Assembly (NCBI RefSeq): GCF_000013905.1
Contig: NC_007969.1
Location: 570,001-602,000 of the forward strand
Length of the DNA: 32,000 nt
Source: Psychrobacter cryohalolentis K5
GTDB lineage: Bacteria; Pseudomonadota; Gammaproteobacteria; Pseudomonadales; Moraxellaceae
Direction: 5' to 3'
The notes under the pieces were generated by a model. It worked only from the letters and a program-made list of their open reading frames with translations. It had not been told where the DNA came from and searched no databases. Positions 28,759 to 32,000 of this stretch are shown one piece after another. How positions within the stretch are numbered: position 1 is the stretch's first letter; each line of letters begins with the position of its first letter. The translations under genes and the position numbers were made by a program.

Positions 28759-29301
28759 ATGGTAATGGCAAGATTAAAATCTTTATATAACGAAGAATTA
28801 AAACAGCAAATCAAAGAAGAACTTGGTTTGGCGAATGTGATGCAAGTGCCAAAAATCACTAAAATCACACTAAATATGGGTGTAGGTGGCGCGTCTCAAG
28901 ACAAGAAATTGCTTGAAGGTGCTGTGGCTGATATGACTGCTATTGCTGGTCAAAAACCTGTAGTCACCAAAGCGCGTAAATCAGTTGCTGGCTTTAAAAT
29001 TCGTGAAGAATGGCCAATTGGCTGTAAAGTAACGCTACGCGGTGAGCAAATGTACGAATTTTTAGATCGTCTCATTGCCATTGCAATTCCTCGTATTCGT
29101 GATTTCCGTGGTTTTTCTCCTAAAGCCTTTGACGGACGTGGTAACTACTCATTGGGTATCAAAGAACAAATCGTATTCCCAGAAGTAGACTTTGACAAGA
29201 TTGATCGTATCCGTGGTATGGATGTGACAATTACTACGTCAGCTCAATCTGATGAAGAAGGTCGTGCGTTGCTTAAAGCTTTCGGCTTCCCATTTAAATA
29301 A
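28759..29301 (+). CDS. rplE: 50S ribosomal protein L5
   Basis: [17 protein letters not shown]... The start is either the ATG at 28759 or the ATG at 28765 (MARLKSLY). Confidence 0.97.
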   Translation: MVMARLKSLYNEELKQQIKEELGLANVMQVPKITKITLNMGVGGASQDKKLLEGAVADMTAIAGQKPVVTKARKSVAGFKIREEWPIGCKVTLRGEQMYEFLDRLIAIAIPRIRDFRGFSPKAFDGRGNYSLGIKEQIVFPEVDFDKIDRIRGMDVTITTSAQSDEEGRALLKAFGFPFK

Positions 29302-29313
29302 GGTAAAGACGTT

Positions 29314-29619
29314 ATGGCAAAGAAGAGCATGATTAACCGCGAATTAAAGCGCGAAAAAATGGTTGCTAAGTACGCTGATAAGCGTATCAAGCTAAAAGAA
29401 ACTATCAGTGATATGACTGCAAGTGACGAAACTCGTATGGAAGCGATGCTAGAGCTACAAGCTTTACCACGTAACGCATCACCAGTACGTCTGCGCAATC
29501 GTTGTGCTATCACGGGTCGTCCTCACGGTTACTTCCGCAAGTTTGGCTTATCACGCAATATGCTGCGTGAGCGTGTCATGCAAGGCGATGTGCCTGGTGT
29601 TCGTAAAGCAAGCTGGTAA
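29314..29619 (+). CDS. rpsN: 30S ribosomal protein S14 (long, 101-aa form)
   Basis: [15 protein letters not shown]... and ...[11 protein letters not shown]. Confidence 0.98.
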   Translation: MAKKSMINRELKREKMVAKYADKRIKLKETISDMTASDETRMEAMLELQALPRNASPVRLRNRCAITGRPHGYFRKFGLSRNMLRERVMQGDVPGVRKASW

Positions 29620-29630
29620 GGGGTAACTAT

Positions 29631-30029
29631 ATGAGTATGCAAGATACCGTTGGGGATATGCTAACCCGTATTCGTAACGCACAAATGGCTAATAAAGTAT
29701 CGGTAGCAATGCCGAACTCTAAGCTACGCAAATCAATCGCTGATTTGTTGGTTAACGAAGGTTATGTTGCTAGCGCTGTTGTTACTGAAGAAAACAACAA
29801 CAAAGCAACTTTGACCATCGTATTAAAATACTTCGAAGGCAAAGCTGTAATCGAGACGATTCAACGTTTTAGCCGTCCTGGTTTACGCCAGCATCGCGGT
29901 AAAGACGCTATCCCTACTGTTAAGCAAGGTATGGGTGTTGCTATTGTATCAACTAGCCAAGGCATCATGACTGATCGTGCTGCACGCGCTGCTGGTATCG
30001 GTGGTGAAGTCGTCGCATTTGTAGCGTAA
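29631..30029 (+). CDS. rpsH: 30S ribosomal protein S8
   Basis: [22 protein letters not shown]... Confidence 0.99.
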   Translation: MSMQDTVGDMLTRIRNAQMANKVSVAMPNSKLRKSIADLLVNEGYVASAVVTEENNNKATLTIVLKYFEGKAVIETIQRFSRPGLRQHRGKDAIPTVKQGMGVAIVSTSQGIMTDRAARAAGIGGEVVAFVA

Positions 30030-30131
30030 GCTACACGACGATAAAGTCTATTTGACGCTGTTAGGCTTCTTTCAATGTGGTAATGATAAATTATTTAACA
30101 TTGTTAGGTGTCTAACGCGGTCAACTATGCT

Positions 30132-30164
30132 AAACTAACACGCTTTTTAGCCTGTTAGTTTTTT
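30132..30164 (+). other. AU-rich stem-loop followed by a T-run inside the rpsH-rplF spacer (terminator-like or attenuator-like)
   Basis: AAACTAACA (30132-30140) pairs perfectly with TGTTAGTTT (30153-30161). The loop is 12 nt and the T-run extends to 30164. Confidence 0.4.
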
Positions 30165-30203
30165 CGCTAATATAAAGAAGTTAATTTTCTAAGGAATATT
30201 CCT

Positions 30204-30737
30204 ATGTCTCGTGTGGCTAAAGCCCCAGTGACGCTGCCAAACGGCGTAAGCGTTACTTTGAACGATCGGCAGGTCGAAGTTAAAGGCAAGAACGGCAATA
30301 TGTCTTTACGCCTGCATGAATTGGTCGAGCTGAAACAGGAAGATGATGCAATCATTTTCTCACCTACAGTCGATTCAAAAGAAGCGATGATGCATACTGG
30401 CACCATGCGCTCTTTACTAAATAATTTAGTAATAGGCGTTAACGAAGGCTTTGAAAAACGTCTTCAGTTGATTGGTGTTGGTTACCGTGCTCAAGCTGCT
30501 GGTAATAAAGTAACGCTAAACGTTGGTTACTCACATCCAGTAGAATATACGTTACCTGAAGGTGTATCAGCTGAAACCCCAACGCAAACTGAAATCGTTT
30601 TAAAATCAAACGATAAGCAGCAGCTTGGTCAAGCAGCAGCCGATATTCGCGGTTTCCGCCCACCTGAGCCTTACAAAGGTAAAGGTATTCGTTATAGTGA
30701 CGAGCATGTGATTCGCAAAGAAGCCAAGAAAAAATAA
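30204..30737 (+). CDS. rplF: 50S ribosomal protein L6
   Basis: [19 protein letters not shown]... and GYSHPVEY. Confidence 0.99.
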
Positions 30738-30748
30738 GGTGAGTTGAA

Positions 30749-31099
30749 ATGTTTGATAAAAAAGCAGCTCGTCTACGTCGAGCTAAGAAAACCCGTGCAC
30801 ATATCCGTTTTTTGGGCGTTCATCGTCTAACGGTTAATCGTACGCCAAGACACATCTATGCCCAGATTATCTCTCCGAACGGTGGTGAAGTGATTGCTCA
30901 GGCATCTACCTTAGACAGCAGCTTGCGTTCAGGCGCGACTGGTAACGCTGATGCAGCGACGTCTGTAGGCCAAATGATCGCAGAACGCGCAAAAGCAGCT
31001 GGCATTACTAAAGTTGCATTTGACCGTAGTGGTTTTAAATATCATGGTCGAGTAAAAGCTTTAGCTGAAGCTGCTCGCGAAAACGGATTGGAGTTTTAA
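30749..31099 (+). CDS. rplR: 50S ribosomal protein L18
   Basis: [23 protein letters not shown]... Confidence 0.99.
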   Translation: MFDKKAARLRRAKKTRAHIRFLGVHRLTVNRTPRHIYAQIISPNGGEVIAQASTLDSSLRSGATGNADAATSVGQMIAERAKAAGITKVAFDRSGFKYHGRVKALAEAARENGLEF

Positions 31100-31101
31100 T
31101 C

Positions 31102-31617
31102 ATGGCTAGAAATGATAAAAATGATAAAAATGAACAGACTGACGGTCTAGTAGAACGCTTAGTTACCGTTGATCGCGTTGCAAAAGTTGTTAAAGGTGGT
31201 CGTATTTTCTCTTTCACTGCGTTGACCGTAGTGGGTGATGGCAATGGTCGTGTTGGTTTTGGTCGCGGTAAAGCACGTGAAGTGCCAGCTGCTATTCAAA
31301 AAGCACTAGAAGCTGCCAAACGTAATATGATTACTGTTGAGCTAAATGATGCAACTTTGTATCATCCGATCAAAGCACGTCATGGTGCTAGTAAAGTCTA
31401 TATGCAACCTGCATCTGAAGGTACTGGCGTAATCGCTGGTGGCGCAATGCGTGCTGTATTAGAAGTTGCTGGTGTCAAAGATGTTTTGACTAAATGTTAT
31501 GGTTCTACCAACACTGCTAACGTTGTTCGTGCAACGTTTAACGGTTTACGTGATATGTCAACTCCAGAAAAGATGGCAGCAAAACGTGGTAAATCTGTAG
31601 ACGAAATCTTGGGTTAA
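31102..31617 (+). CDS. rpsE: 30S ribosomal protein S5
   Basis: [40 protein letters not shown]... Confidence 0.99.
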   Translation: MARNDKNDKNEQTDGLVERLVTVDRVAKVVKGGRIFSFTALTVVGDGNGRVGFGRGKAREVPAAIQKALEAAKRNMITVELNDATLYHPIKARHGASKVYMQPASEGTGVIAGGAMRAVLEVAGVKDVLTKCYGSTNTANVVRATFNGLRDMSTPEKMAAKRGKSVDEILG

Positions 31618-31637
31618 CTTAGACTAGGTGAGTTACG

Positions 31638-31817
31638 ATGAAAAAAATGAAAGTCACTCAATTCAAATCGGGTGCCCATCGCCTCAAGAGCCACAAAGCA
31701 TGCTTGAAAGGATTGGGTTTACGCCGTATTAATCATTCTGTTGTAGTAGAAGATACTCCTTCAACTCGTGGTATGGTCAATCGCGTTAACTACTTGGTAA
31801 AAGTGGAGGAAGCGTAA
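31638..31817 (+). CDS. rpmD: 50S ribosomal protein L30 (59 aa, below the supplied ORF cut-off)
   Basis: Hand translation: [59 protein letters not shown]. It resembles E. coli L30, and GGTGAG lies upstream. Confidence 0.95.
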   Translation: MKKMKVTQFKSGAHRLKSHKACLKGLGLRRINHSVVVEDTPSTRGMVNRVNYLVKVEEA

Positions 31818-32000
31818 TGGGTCTTAGATTAAATGAATTATCACCAGGTGTTGGCGCAAAGAAAACTGCCCAACGTCGTGGTCGTGGTATCGGTTCAGGC
31901 CTTGGTAAAACTGGTGGTCGTGGTGTAAAAGGTCAGAAATCTCGTTCAGGTTCTAGCATACGCTCAGGATTTGAAGGTGGTCAAATGCCTTTATATCGTC
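31817..32000 (+). CDS. rplO: 50S ribosomal protein L15 (5' part, truncated by the window end)
   Basis: [45 protein letters not shown]... The ATG overlaps the rpmD stop as TAATG. Confidence 0.96.
   Translation, partial: MGLRLNELSPGVGAKKTAQRRGRGIGSGLGKTGGRGVKGQKSRSGSSIRSGFEGGQMPLYR

Noticed and set aside
1-32000. Apparent enrichment of TGTTAG/CTAACA in intergenic regions (for example near 7985, 9577, 9624, 16274, 17993, 19085 and 30058-30158)
   Set aside because: GTTAG also occurs repeatedly inside coding regions that I spot-checked. For a 5-6-mer in AT-rich DNA I cannot show enrichment without a proper k-mer count, so it is not reported as a motif.

Overview
The window is almost entirely a conserved housekeeping stretch of a moderately AT-rich gammaproteobacterial chromosome. 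Protein sequences and gene order suggest Moraxellaceae, possibly Psychrobacter; this is my inference and was not searched. Gene order is: photolyase (-), trpF-trpB-trpA, accD, folC, a LysM/SPOR DedD-like protein, a DUF2726-like protein (+), a DUF1853-like protein (-), a small AT-rich orphan cassette (-), tRNA-Pro(GGG) (-), gatCAB (-), mreBCD-maf-rng (+). These are followed by the S10 and spc ribosomal protein operons, from rpsJ to a truncated rplO. I saw no integrase, transposase, IS element, CRISPR array, rRNA or recognisable defence gene. The only accessory-looking region is about 9.4-12.7 kb. It holds two convergent, uncharacterised nuclease-fold genes. Between tRNA-Pro and the DUF1853 gene it also holds a lower-GC 284-aa orphan (HTH-like N-terminus, coiled coil), an unlisted 59-aa hydrophobic micro-ORF and phased 12-bp repeats. 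This cassette is my best candidate for an undescribed system, but the support is only context, composition and motifs. Secondary observations are an unusual structured 174-bp spacer inside the spc operon (rpsH-rplF), a MITE/REP-like inverted-repeat element downstream of the photolyase gene, a 683-bp ORF-free gatC/mreB divergent region, a structured mreB-mreC spacer with 10-bp tandem repeats, and a long S10 leader. All family calls come from my recognition of motifs; no searches were run.
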